This document shows, piece after piece, positions 36,701 to 48,700 of a stretch of 64,000 nucleotides of DNA. The DNA lies in assembly GCA_965178125.1 (NCBI GenBank), contig OZ237746.1, positions 186,001-250,000 of the forward strand, read 5' to 3'. The DNA comes from Bilabrum cf. latius (taxonomy: Eukaryota). Positions within the stretch are counted from its first letter, which is position 1, and each line of letters begins with the position of its first letter. The translations under genes were made by a program, and so were the position numbers. Below the pieces are notes generated by a model, which searched no databases, was not told the origin of the DNA, and was given only the letters and a program-made list of their open reading frames with translations.

Positions 36701-39700
36701 TTCCACTGCACGGTCCGAGGCCTCGTCAAAGAGGCGGAAGCGCAAGAAGAAGAAGAAGAAAAAGAAGAAGAAGAAGAAGAAGAAGAAGAGGAAGGCCCAG
36801 GCTGACGGCGATGGATCGGCCCCGCCCCTTTCAGGACGCAGCGACGAGGGCCCGAACTCGGCCAGGACTGCATCGAGCGACAAGCCCGGCGGGGGCCAGC
36901 ACTCTGCCCGTAGCCTGAGCTCGACGCAGTCACGGCGCCTACGACGGCTTCGTAAGAAGGCAAGGGAGAGAGAAGCAAAGAAGCAGGAGGAAACCCTCCG
37001 GCAGCATCTCCAGGCACGCATGCTGGCGCAGCCCCCGTTCCAGCCCGGCATGCCCGTGCCGCCACCACCTGGGGGGCAGCAGTACGCCGGCTACCCCATG
37101 CCAATGCAGTACGCCTAGATGCAGCACGCGCAGCCCTACCCAGGCTTTCTCATGCAGCACCAGTAGCACCAGCAGCACTAGCAGCACCAGCCGCCCCTTC
37201 CCCTACCCACCAGCATGGGGGTGGTCCCGGTCACTGGGGCTACACCAGGACAGCAGACGTAGCGCCTTGGCTAGCCACCTGTGCCCACGGCCCCCATGCC
37301 ACCGAAACCAGCTCCCAGTCAGGGGCTTCGGAAGGGCGTGGGGCTGCTGTCGCTGCCTTCATCCACCAGCTCAGTGTCAAGCGCGGGCCATAACCTGACC
37401 CCTGCCGTCCGTTCTGCCACAGAGGTGCTGGCCGCTGCCATCTGTGCCACGGCTCACAGGTTTGGTCGCACCATGTGCACGCAGCAAGGAAGCGAGGTGG
37501 TAATCGACCAGGAGAAGGGGCCTTCCCTGATCCAGTTGCCTGGCGGCGCCCTGCTACGCCTTCGGTCGGTGGATCCTTCGAATCCATCCCCGGCCAATGA
37601 TCCTTCGTTCAAGGCAGTCAATATGCCAATCATCCAGGCCATCCAGGACCGCCCATTGTAGCAGCAGCTGGCGATCGTGCGTGCAATTGCGATGCAGAGC
37701 AACCTCAACTAGCAGCAGATGGCCGCCCTGCAATCCTTGTGCGTGCAAGCAGCGGCGCAGAAAGAGAGAGGGGAGGTGCGGACTGGCGCAGACTAGCCCA
37801 CCGCACACGAGGTAATCGATTCGCCCACACAGCAGGAACTGGCTCACAACCTCATGGCAGCCGGTCGGCAGATGCCGGGCACGCGCGTAGAGGACACCGT
37901 GGCTCAGGTGCCACACGCTCTGTTTGCCGACCTTGCCCGCGTGTTCCAGCCAACCGTAGCCCAGGAAGGCCTGCAGCTGTACCAGCGGAACATGCTCGAG
38001 ACCCAGGGAAACGTGCTTGCATCCACCAGCGCCGTCACCTCGTTGTGCCTAAAGCACGCCGACGAGCTCGCTGACAGAGACCTGCTGCAGGCATCGGTGC
38101 ACGCCAAGGACCCTAACAAACCCTCGCCGCGGCTGGGACTTGCGCAGCAAAAGGCAGATCCCGCGGGAGCATCTGGCCTCTCGAGCACTGGCACATCGCG
38201 TGCAGGTGGGGGGTAGCCCGGCCTCATGCCCGGCCAGTTTGAGCCGTTTGTGCCTCATCCGCCCATTAGTGGCGGGAGAGGTGCTGCCGGCGCATGGTTG
38301 CCGGGAGGCGGGAGCAGCGCGTCCGGTGGGTTTAATGCATCCGGGGTGCCCGCTAGTATTACGGGCTAGGTACCCAGCCACGGGGCCGGTGATGGCATGT
38401 CAGCTCCGGGGATGTCAACGCAGGTGCAGGCCGAGCTACTTCGGGCCCGAGAAGTGGCCATGCAGTAGGCTGCAGCTCTGCGGCAGATGCAGGAAATCAT
38501 CCGTGCGCAGCAGGCGCAGCTGGCTGGTGTGGCCAGCGCCGCAGGGATGCAGCTGCCTCCGATGCCGACAATGCCTTCGTTCGACCTTCCCGCCGTCGTG
38601 CCCCCGGCATCTTCGGGCTTATCTGTTAGCGGCGGAGTTCCGATCGGCCAGACGGGCGTGAAGCTGCCCAGCTTCAGCTCCAGCGAGCTAGGCGAGCAAG
38701 TGGCACCAGCTGGTGCTGGCATTCCGGCCGTGTTGAACCCCGTGCCATTTGCAACCACTGCCGCTGGCAGCGGCACAGCTACCGGTGTACCCAGCAGCAG
38801 CGCGCTGGGTGTCGCAGGCGACATGTGGCGCAGCCCGCCCGGCCACGGCCAGTCCAATCTCTAGCCGGACCAGCCGCAAACTTGGTCCATTCCACAAGAG
38901 ATGCCTCATGGGAGCAGTCCCAGTCAGGCTCTGCCCATGGGCGCCGGGGCGCTGGCCAGCGACAGCAAGCTGCGCCCAAAGGCGAGCGCGGCGTGGCGCA
39001 GCCGCAGCTTTTCCAGATACCAGTCCTATTCGATCTCTCAGGAGCCAGACGAGGACGCGAGGTTTCAGGGTGCAGAGGACCTGGGGCCCGAGGACGGCGA
39101 GGTGGAAGGTGCCAATGCATCAGCAAGGGGCACTAGAAGCAGCGTGCTGCAGCACACCGCCGGTATTTAGAGCTCGCAGTCAAGGGAGAAGCAGCGGGTT
39201 GGCCCAAGGGGCATTTTTCCATCTGATGGTGGGGAGGTTGAGCGGCCGGGGCATCGCACTGCAGGGCTGTCATCCAGCAGCACTAGTCGTGAGCAACATC
39301 ACGCGCACAGATCGGGGCAGCCTCAGGGTGGTCAAATGGGCGAGGTGGAGGCCCATCAGATCGCCCAGTCTCTCGTGCGGGACTTGCAGGCCAAGCATGG
39401 GTCACCCACCGAGGGACAGCACAGGTCCAGGGGTCATCTGCTAGGGTTCGGATCTACTGACAGCGGATCGCAGGACTGGGCGGCTGCGCTGGGTGGCGGT
39501 GAGTCGGGGGCGGGCGATGCCGGTGGCGGCATTGCAACCGGGGGAAGCGACGAATCCGAAGGAATGTAGCTGCTTGGACCCATCCTTGAGGCGATGGGTG
39601 CCGGAATGGATGCCAGCGGGAACGTAGTCCCCCTGCAGGGCGGCAGTGGTGGTGGTGCTCCTGCCTCGGGGTCTGCACCCATGGGACACATGCAAGCCGC

Positions 39701-39809
39701 TGAATAGCCTCCGCATTCCTATTCCCATGGAGGGCAAACTGGGTTCAGCTTCCAGTCCCCGTAGCAGCAGATGCAGCAGTCCGTTCGCCAGCAGCAGCAG
39801 CAGCAATAT

Positions 39810-39845
<36 letters not shown>

Positions 39846-42800
39846 TATCACCAGCAGCAGCAGCAGCAACCCCTCTACGCCCCGCCCCCTCCCTCCCTAC
39901 AGGAGGCCACCGACGAGGAGGGATCAGAGGAGGACGGCAACCGCAGCGGGGACGATGAAGATGCGGTGGACGAGGTCAGGCTGATCGTGGGTCCGCAAGG
40001 CGAGCTCAGGCCTTCAAGGGGCAGGGGCAGGCGCAGGCAAGGCAAGGAAGTAGGTGCCATGTCCGGCAGATCGGAGAGGTCTGCAGCCGTGACGAACACG
40101 AGCTCTGCCACATCAGGTCTGGAGTCGGAGCGCAGCGGTGCGGTGGGTGGCACGGGCATGATGCGAGTGGAGTCGATCATGTCTGGCGGTGACAGCCACA
40201 GCATGGCTCGCAGTGGTACAGCTAGCGGCTCGGCCACAGGCACTGGAACCGACCGCTCCGGTGACAGCCCTTTGCGACGGCGGGACAGCCGCCGCCACAG
40301 CGGAACACCTAGAGTCCTACAAGCGAGCGGTCGCAGCGCTGATGATGGCGATCGAGGCGAAGGTTCGTCAGGCTCGGACGCAGACGCCGATGAGGACACA
40401 TCCCCGTTCTAGAAGAACAGTCGGATGTCCAGGACAAGATCTGACCTGGGCATGGCTGCCGGCCGATCCGCCACCACGGCAAGCATGGGAGTGCACAGGA
40501 ATCGAATAGAGCAGGACGGGTTCTTCGAGGAGTCGGGCGATCGCCCGAGGCGGCGGAGGAGAGCGCTGGCCGGACTCGAGGCCGTGGCCGAGGTGTCTGA
40601 AGGTAGGAGCGGGTCGAGGGACGCGCCCGGAGAGGTGCCTGTGGTTTCCATGGGTACTAAGCGTGGTCCAGAAGTAGATGATGATGATGACAGTGGAGAC
40701 GACAAGGAGCAGGAGAACGCCGTCCCCCTGAGGCGCGGTGGTGGTGGAGCTGCTGCAGGCGCGTCGTTGGACTACGAGTCCCAGCTGCGGCGCGCACGGA
40801 CGTTCTCGGGTCGGATTGCGAGCGACGGGGGTCTTCTGGCCTATGTGGACGGGCAGAACGAAGGTCAGGGCCATCCATCCCCCACCAACCCCCCCATGAT
40901 ACTGCACGCGTCTGCAGATGCAGGTGGTGGCGGCGCTCTGGCTTCACCGGGTGAATCTAGCGGCATGATTGATCTGATGGAAGGCGAGGGCAGCGGTCTA
41001 TCCAGTCTAGGCATGCTTGGTGGTCTGGGTGGGATCAACGACGGCGCCATGCACGACAGTACGGGTGGTCTGGGTCTAGCCAACGAGTTTGCAACCTCCA
41101 GCGGAAGCGGCAGCCGCAGCGGCAACAGCGGTAGTGGTAGCAGGGGGGAATCCCAGCGGGAGCGCAGCCTGGCGAGCGCCGGTGCCCCATCTACGTCAGG
41201 TCCTCTGTCTCAGCTGGGGACTGCATCAGGTGGCATTTTCTCCTAGAGGACGCCAAGTGTGAGCACAGGCGACACGACCCAGAATGGGAACCGTGGAGGT
41301 TATGCGAGCCGGCAGCGGCAGCAGCGGCAGACACATGGTGGAGAGGGGAGCCAAGCTCGCGAGCACGAGGGTGACGGCAGCACGGATGATTCAGCCTTCC
41401 CACGCGGCGTGCGCAGCAGCGCCCATGGTATCGACGTCAGCGTTGACCCCAGTGTGGCTCCTTCACAGGGCAGCGGCAAGTCGCCGTCCAGCCGATCCAT
41501 GGCACTCTCACAAATGGGTCGATCGGGGCGCAGCATCGGCCTGCATGATGCCAGTAGGACAGACACTGACTCCACCTCTGGGATGGTTGCGGGCAGAGGA
41601 TCAGACGGTGAGGCGGCACAGGTACGTGGCAGCGGGTCTCGGGGATCAAACAGTGTGCCCAGCCCCCAGATAGCATCGCCTGCTGCCGGCGGCAGGCCCG
41701 GGATCAGGCCTGGGGCCGGCAACCGGGGTGGCGGAGATAGGGATGGCCAACCTACTCAGCAGCAACAGCAGCTGCAACAGCAGCAGGCAACACGTCATAG
41801 TGGTAGGCCATTACCAGGGAGTGCAAGCCACAACGCGACCGTTGGTGCTGTGATGGTGCTGCAGCCTGATTCGAACGTAGGCGCAGCGGGGCTGGCTCAC
41901 CAAGACAGCGACCCCCTTTGTCACCTCTACAGGACAGCTTCATCCGAACCATATGGGCTCGAACTCTCAGATCCGGTGGATTGCAGAACCGACCCGAAAC
42001 CACACGGAACTTTCTCGAAGCCAGCTCTGAAGTTCGGGTAGGCCCAGCCCACTGCCCCAGTGCGCGCGGTGGGGCCGTCAGCAAGACAGTGGCTGAGGCC
42101 TCGATCTGGGCAGAATACAAAGAGATCCGCACGCGAGCGGCATGGAGCGACAAGTAGCAACACCAATCCCCAGTCTGCATGCGGCGAAGCAGCCAGGCCA
42201 TCTTCACAAGACTGTGCGCGTGAGCTAGACGTGCCCCAATGCTTAGGTAGTATGGACGAGTCCTCGGCGACGTCACAATCGCTTGAAGTGGCCATTGCCT
42301 ATGAGTAGTCGGGTGCCTTGCGCCTGATCCATGGCCTTGGTGGAGCCAGGTCACGCGCATTGATAGGCGCAGATCAACCGGGCGATGCACCGGAACCGAC
42401 TTACCGCTGGATTGTGTCGTGCAGTGGCAAGGCCAGCCAGTAGAGCAAGGGCAAGGCCGGTAAGGCCCAGCCAGCTGCAGAGACTCCTGCGCAACAAGCG
42501 GCTTGTTCATCCCGCGGTGTCGCTGGCCGTGCGCCTGGTAGCGCAGGGCGAGACAGCGGCAGCGGCGATGGTGGGGATGGTGGGGACGAAGACGATCAAG
42601 AGAAGAAGGCTAGAGCTGCAAGTCAGTTGAGGGAAACAGAGAAAGGGGGTGCAGATGGTCGCTACGAAACAGAGCGTGCCTCATCTCTAGACGGGGATGG
42701 TGTCAACTCGACTGCAGACCCGGAGGCAGACGAGGAACAGGACCAGGGCCAAGACTCGAAGGCAACTTCCAGACGGCCAAGACTCGCTACACGCCTCGAC

Positions 42801-45500
42801 GCCGATGCTACAGCACCACAGGGTGGCGCGGGCCGCTGGGGCGCACCTGCCAACTTCTCCGGGCCCGACCCGTTTCCCTCTCCGTCCAGTGCCCGCTCAG
42901 GCGCGGGTGCTAGGGACGATGACTGGCAGAGGGCACTGTCTCAGTCCCAGCTGGACGCACCCAGCACCCCACCCTTCTTTGGCGGGGTGCAGCAGGGGTC
43001 ATCCAGGGAACAGAGCGGGCCTGGCCTGTCCCCCGGTCTGCTTGCGGGAATGGCCGACTCACCCTTGGCTCCCGGGGTCTCGGGGCACCATTTGCAGCAC
43101 GATCTCGGCGATGTTGGGCTCTCTGCTGGTGGGGCAGCTGGCGTGCACACTGAGCCTGGGCTGGGTGGCAGGCAAGCAGATCCCGCTTTGGGCCATGGCC
43201 TAGGCGGCTTTGGTCTCCCTCCGGGTGGCGGGGGTGGGTCGGGTGCCCGGCCCCCGGTGTTCTTGGCGCATGCAGCGCAAGCCATGGGGTGCAGCGGCAG
43301 GTCGCTGGGAGGCATATCCGTTGACTCGACGGGTGCTGCGTCAGAGGCGGGGGAGCGGGAAAGACGACTTTTGGCGCGTGCTGGCATGAGCGGTGTCAAT
43401 GCACAACAAACGCAGCAGCAGCAGTAGAAGCAGCAGCAGTAGAAGCAGCAGCGCGGCTCGCCGTCGAAGCGGGGCGACAGGAATGACCCGGAGGTTGGGT
43501 TCTCGTCACCCATGGGGATGGGGCTCTTCCGCATCACTGAGGACGAGGGCTCGCCCATTGCGAGCGAATCCACTGCTGATGGGACTGGGGGTGTTGGAGG
43601 CTTTGGGCCGGGGATGGACGCAGATCAATCCGGTGTGCACGCGGACCAGGCCGCGACGGACCTGCCCTGGGCAGGCGGTGCTCTTGCTGGGTCGGGGGGG
43701 TCGGTGCAGCTGCAGTCGACGGTCAAAGGGAGCGAATCGCAGTCGGCTGCCGGCAGGACCTCTGCCGCCTCACAGGGCCTTGCGACATCCCGTGTTTCGT
43801 TGGTCAGCGAGGCTGCCTCACCATCACCGAGCACTGGTGGTGATACTGACCAACCGGCAGCTGTGGAAGGCACCGGCGCCACTGACCCCAACACACCGTC
43901 AGACGCTGAAAAGAAGAGGAGGAGGAAGAAGAGAAGGAGGGGAGGGACACGCCGCAGAGAGGAGAACAAGCGAAAGAGAGAGGCACTCCTGGCGAAAATC
44001 ACGCTGGCGGCGGGTCTCGCGGATGGCGCGGCTCTCTCGAACCTGTCTGGGCACGGAGCTGATAGCGACGTGCAAGTGCTGACGGGTCGGTCGGCCGAGT
44101 CGGGGACGAGCTGCGGGATGGAAGGGTCTGCGCTATCGTCAGATTCGCGGTCACAGGACGGCAGCAGTCGAGCCCGCAGCCAGAGCAGGGGGCAGACCCT
44201 GCCGGATGGGACCGCGTCTGTGGTATCCCTTGAGGGCGGCATGTCCCTGGTGCTAGGAACCGAGCCAGAGGGGGGTGGCTGGAGGCAGCGCGAGGCTCGG
44301 AAGAAGCAGGAGGAAGCAGAGAGGAAGAGGAGGGAGCGAGAGCTCGGTCTGACTCCGCAGAAATCCCCCCGCAACCAGCGCAAGGGCAAGGGCAGGGGCA
44401 GGGGTGTGCACAGAGGGCCGGTGTGGGGAGGCACCGGGGCTGGTCTTGCAGGGAACAACGTAGGAGGAGTATCCCCCGACCCAGTGGGCAGCAGACATGG
44501 GTCGGTTGCGGGTGCCACCGACTCGCGTGGGTCGGGGTTTGGGCCGCCGCCCACGCGCTAGTCCAGCGGTGGATCGGTGGGGGCTGCTTTGAGTCCGCTC
44601 AAAAGACAGAAACCGCCGCCTCCTCCGCGACAGGGCCGCGCCAGCCGCTCCTCTCATGGCGGTGGGACACACTCGTCACACCACGGCGGCAGCTCCGTCG
44701 TGGACGATGCCGCCTCTGCTGCCAGCAGCGCATCAGACTGGCGACTGGGAGACAACACCGACGGGCAGAGCAGCGTAGGTAGGAGCAGCGCGTACGGCGG
44801 CAAATACAGGCCGCCGTCCGTCCGTAGCGGTGGTGGAGGAAGTGGCAGCGGTGCAGCCAGGCGTCGCCCGGGAGGCAGCCCGCCCATGTCCCCGCACTCT
44901 CCAGCGAGCCCCGGGGCTGGTGGCTGGGGGCACAGCACCGGCGGGAGGGGTGCGGGTGGTGGGGCCGTGTCTCGCGTCCCTTTCCTTGGTGCTATAGGTC
45001 GGTCCAAGACCCATGGTAAGATCATCACGTCACCTACGCGCGATTCATCCTCGCCCGCCTCGGGCGGCAGCTAGACGGCAAGGGCTAGGGCGGGTGCAGG
45101 TGGCAGTGGATCTGGTCCCGGTGGCTAGGGCCCGTCCGGTGCTGGAGGGGTCTCGGGACGGCTTGCTGGCGGGGCTGCCGCACCAGGTAGGAGGCGACGG
45201 TCCAGCGCCGGGATGCGGATGGGTTCGGGGAGCCACGCCCTGCAGCAAGCGGCGATGCGTGTCCGGTAGGAGCAAGCGGGTGGTGGCATTGGCGGTGGTG
45301 ATGGGGCTGCTGGTCTTGCTACTGGGAGGGCTGCAACGGCCGAAGATGTCGCTGGCGGCAGGGGTGGTGCCGTAGCTGCGGCGATCACCGGTGGTCGCAT
45401 GCTAAGCCCATGGGGCCGCGAGGGGTTGGGATCTGGGCCTGGTGCTGGGTTTGAGCCTCTGCCAGGGGTGGCGGAGGGGTCTCGTGAATTCATTGAATAA
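30750..45500 (+). CDS. Giant (~4,860-4,900 aa) low-complexity protein with one CCCH zinc finger
   Basis: More than 20 ORF-track fragments fall in one frame. Reading the gaps by hand shows about 47 TAG and no TAA/TGA until TAA-TGA at 45498-45503. CCCH motif 'KAMLCIHWLQSGTCPFGDSCSMAHG' at ~32031-32105. Probable in-frame intron 30804-30965. Confidence 0.85.
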
Positions 45501-45708
45501 TGAGGTGACTTTAACGGGCGCTCTTTAAGCGAAGACTAGGGCTAGCTGTGTTAGCTAATTTCCTGGATGCCCGGATCCTCTGGGTTGGAAGAGTTTGTAC
45601 GAGAAGTATCCGTGTAAAAGAAAAAAAAGTATCCGATTTAGATCCGATTGCCGAGGTCTCAAAGCGGCATAAGGGCTTACGTCTGCCATTGATTTACATC
45701 TTGCTTGC

Positions 45709-48700
45709 TCAAGACAATCCAGGTTTCCCATCAAACTGCAGCCGAATCGGTTCGCGACTTCCTGAAACATACCTGGCTGGCAGCATCCGGCTGAACAAGA
45801 GGCAATTCAAGAGCTCCTCAACGCTCTCTGGGCACATGCCGTCCGGAACATACGTGCCGAAGCTCCCACCATGTGCGCGGACCTCCGCATTCAAGGCAAA
45901 CTCCGAGCAGTGCATCTCAGCACAGATACCACCAACCCCGAACGTCCTATCCTTCGATCTTCCAGCAGCCATCCGGGCTGCATCCACCAGCGACTGCACA
46001 AACCTGTCGGCTGCATCCGAATTGGACAGAATGCTCGAGTCAGCGACATCCGGGCCACTGCTGGAGACAGCATCGCCCCGGTCACTGCTCGGGTCAGCAG
46101 GCCCCGGGCCACTGCTGGGAACAGCATCGCCCCTGTCACTGCTCGGGTCAGCAGGCCCCGGGCCACTGCTGAAGACAGCATCGCCCCTGTCACTGCTCGG
46201 GTCAGCAGGCCCCGGGCCACTGCTGGAGACAGCATCGCCCCGGTCACTGCTCGGGTCAGCAATACCTGGGACGCTACTCTAGTCAGCGACATATTGCAGC
46301 CGAATCGGTTCGCGACTTCCTGAAACATACCTGGCTGGCAGCATCCGGCTGAACAAGAGGCAATTCAAGAGCTCCTCAACGCTCTCTGGGCACATGCCGT
46401 CCGGAACATACGTGCCGAAGCTCCCACCATGTGCGCGGACCTCCGCATTCAAGGCAAACTCCGAGCAGTGCATCTCAGCACAGATACCACCAACCCCGAA
46501 CGTCCTATCCTTCGATCTTCCAGCAGCCATCCGGGCTGCATCCACCAGCGACTGCACAAACCTGTCGGCTGCATCCGAATTGGACAGAATGCTCGAGTCA
46601 GCGACATCCGGGCCACTGCTGGAGACAGTGATATCCGGGGCAGTGTTTGAGACGGCAGCTTTTAAAGAAGAACCATGGACAGCAGGACTGCAAACTGTAC
46701 CTTGCATCGTGTACGAAATTGCTGCTGCAGTTCCATTTTCCGTCACCGAAGAAGTGCTAAATGTTCCGGACGAGCGCGCAATGTCACCGCTTGCGTGCGT
46801 CCGAACCTCCCCATACCGCTCTAAATCACTCAGAAGGGCCTCACGAGAAATGAACAGATAGCCTTCTGCGTCACCTGATATAGGTTCTAAGGTTTCAGAA
46901 TAACCCATGCCACCTGCCACAGGAGCGCCCTACTCAGCATGACCCATGCCACCGGGCACAGGAGCGCCCTACCCAGCATGACCCATGCCACCGGGCACAG
47001 GAGCGCCCTACCCAGCATGACCCATGCCACCGGGCCAAGGAACGCCCTACCCAGCATGACCCATGCCACCTGGCACAGGAGCGCCCTACCCAGCATGACC
47101 CATGCCACCCGGCCCAGGAGCGCCCTACCCAGCATGACCCATGCCACCGGGCAAAGGAGCGCCCTACCCAGCATGACCCATGCCACCTGGCCAAGGAGCG
47201 CCCTACCCAGCATGACCCATGCCATCTGGCCCAGGAGCGCCCTACCCAGCATGACCCATGCCACCTGGCCCAGGAGCGCCCTACCCAGCATGACCCATGC
47301 CACCGGGCACAGGAGCGCCCTACCCAGCATGACCCATGCCACCCGGCCCAGGAGCGCCCTACCCAGCATGACCCATGCCACCTGGCCAAGGAGCGCCCTA
47401 CCCAGCATGACCCATGCCACCGGGCAAAGGAGCGCCCTACCCAGCATGACCCATGCCACCTGCCACAGGAGCGCCCTACCCAGCATGACCCATGCCACCG
47501 GGCACAGGAGCGCCCTACCCAGCATGACCCATGCCACCGGGCAAAGGAGCGCCCTACCCAGCATGACCCATGCCACCTGGCCAAGGAACGCCCTACCCAG
47601 CATGACCCATGCCACCCGGCCCAGGAGCGCCCTACCCAGCATGACCCATGCCACCTGGCCCAGGAGCGCCCTACCCAGCATGACCCATGCCACCTGGCCC
47701 AGGAGCGCCCTACCCAGCATGACCCATGCCACCCGGCCCAGGAGCGCCCTACCCAGCATGAACCATGCCACCCGGCCCAGGAGCGCCCTACCCAGCATGA
47801 CCCATGCCACCTGGCCAAGGAGCGCCCTACCCAGCATGACCCATGCCACCTGGCCCAGGAGCGCCCTACCCAGCATGACCCATGCCACCTGGCCCAGGAG
47901 CGCCCTACCCAGCATGACCCATGCCACCTGGCCAAGGAGCGCCCTACCCAGCATGACCCATGCCACCTGGCCAAGGAGCGCCCTACCCAGCATGACCCAT
48001 GCCACCTGCCACAGGAGCGCCCTACCCAGCATGAACCATGCCACCTGGCCCAGGAGCGCCCTACCCAGCATGACCCATGCCACCTGGCCAAGGAGCGCCC
48101 TACCCAGCATGAACCATGCCATCTGGCCAAGGAGCGCCCTACCCAGCATGACCCATGCCATCTGGCCCAGGAGCGCCCTATCCAGCATGACCCATGCCAC
48201 CTGGCACAGGAGCGCCCTACCCAGCATGACCCATGCCACCTGCCACAGGAGCGCCCTACCTAGCATGACCCATGCCACCTGGCCCAGGAGCGCCCTACCC
48301 AGCATGACCCATGCCACCCGGCCAAGGAGCGCCCTACCCAGCATGACCCATGCCACCTGGCCAAGGAGCGCCCTACCCAGCATGACCCATGCCACCTGGC
48401 ACAGGAGCGCCCTACCCAGCATGACCCATGCCACCTGGCCAAGGAGCGCCCTACCCAGCATGACCCATGCCACCTGGCCAAGGAGCGCCCTACCCAGCAT
48501 GACCCATGCCACCTGGCCCAGGAGCGCCCTACCCAGCATGACCCATGCCACCTGGCCAAGGAGCGCCCTACCCAGCATGACCCATGCCACCTGGCCCAGG
48601 AGCGCCCTACCCAGCATGACCCATGCCACCTGGAAAGTTAGCATCCTTTGTGACGATTCCGTTCAAAGCGGATTCGTATTCATCTCTCGCGGCTGCCAGC

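Noticed and set aside
46903-48633. CRISPR-like array
   Set aside because: Units are contiguous 39-mers with only a few variable bases. There are no unique spacers and no cas genes, and the array is in frame within a eukaryotic CDS.
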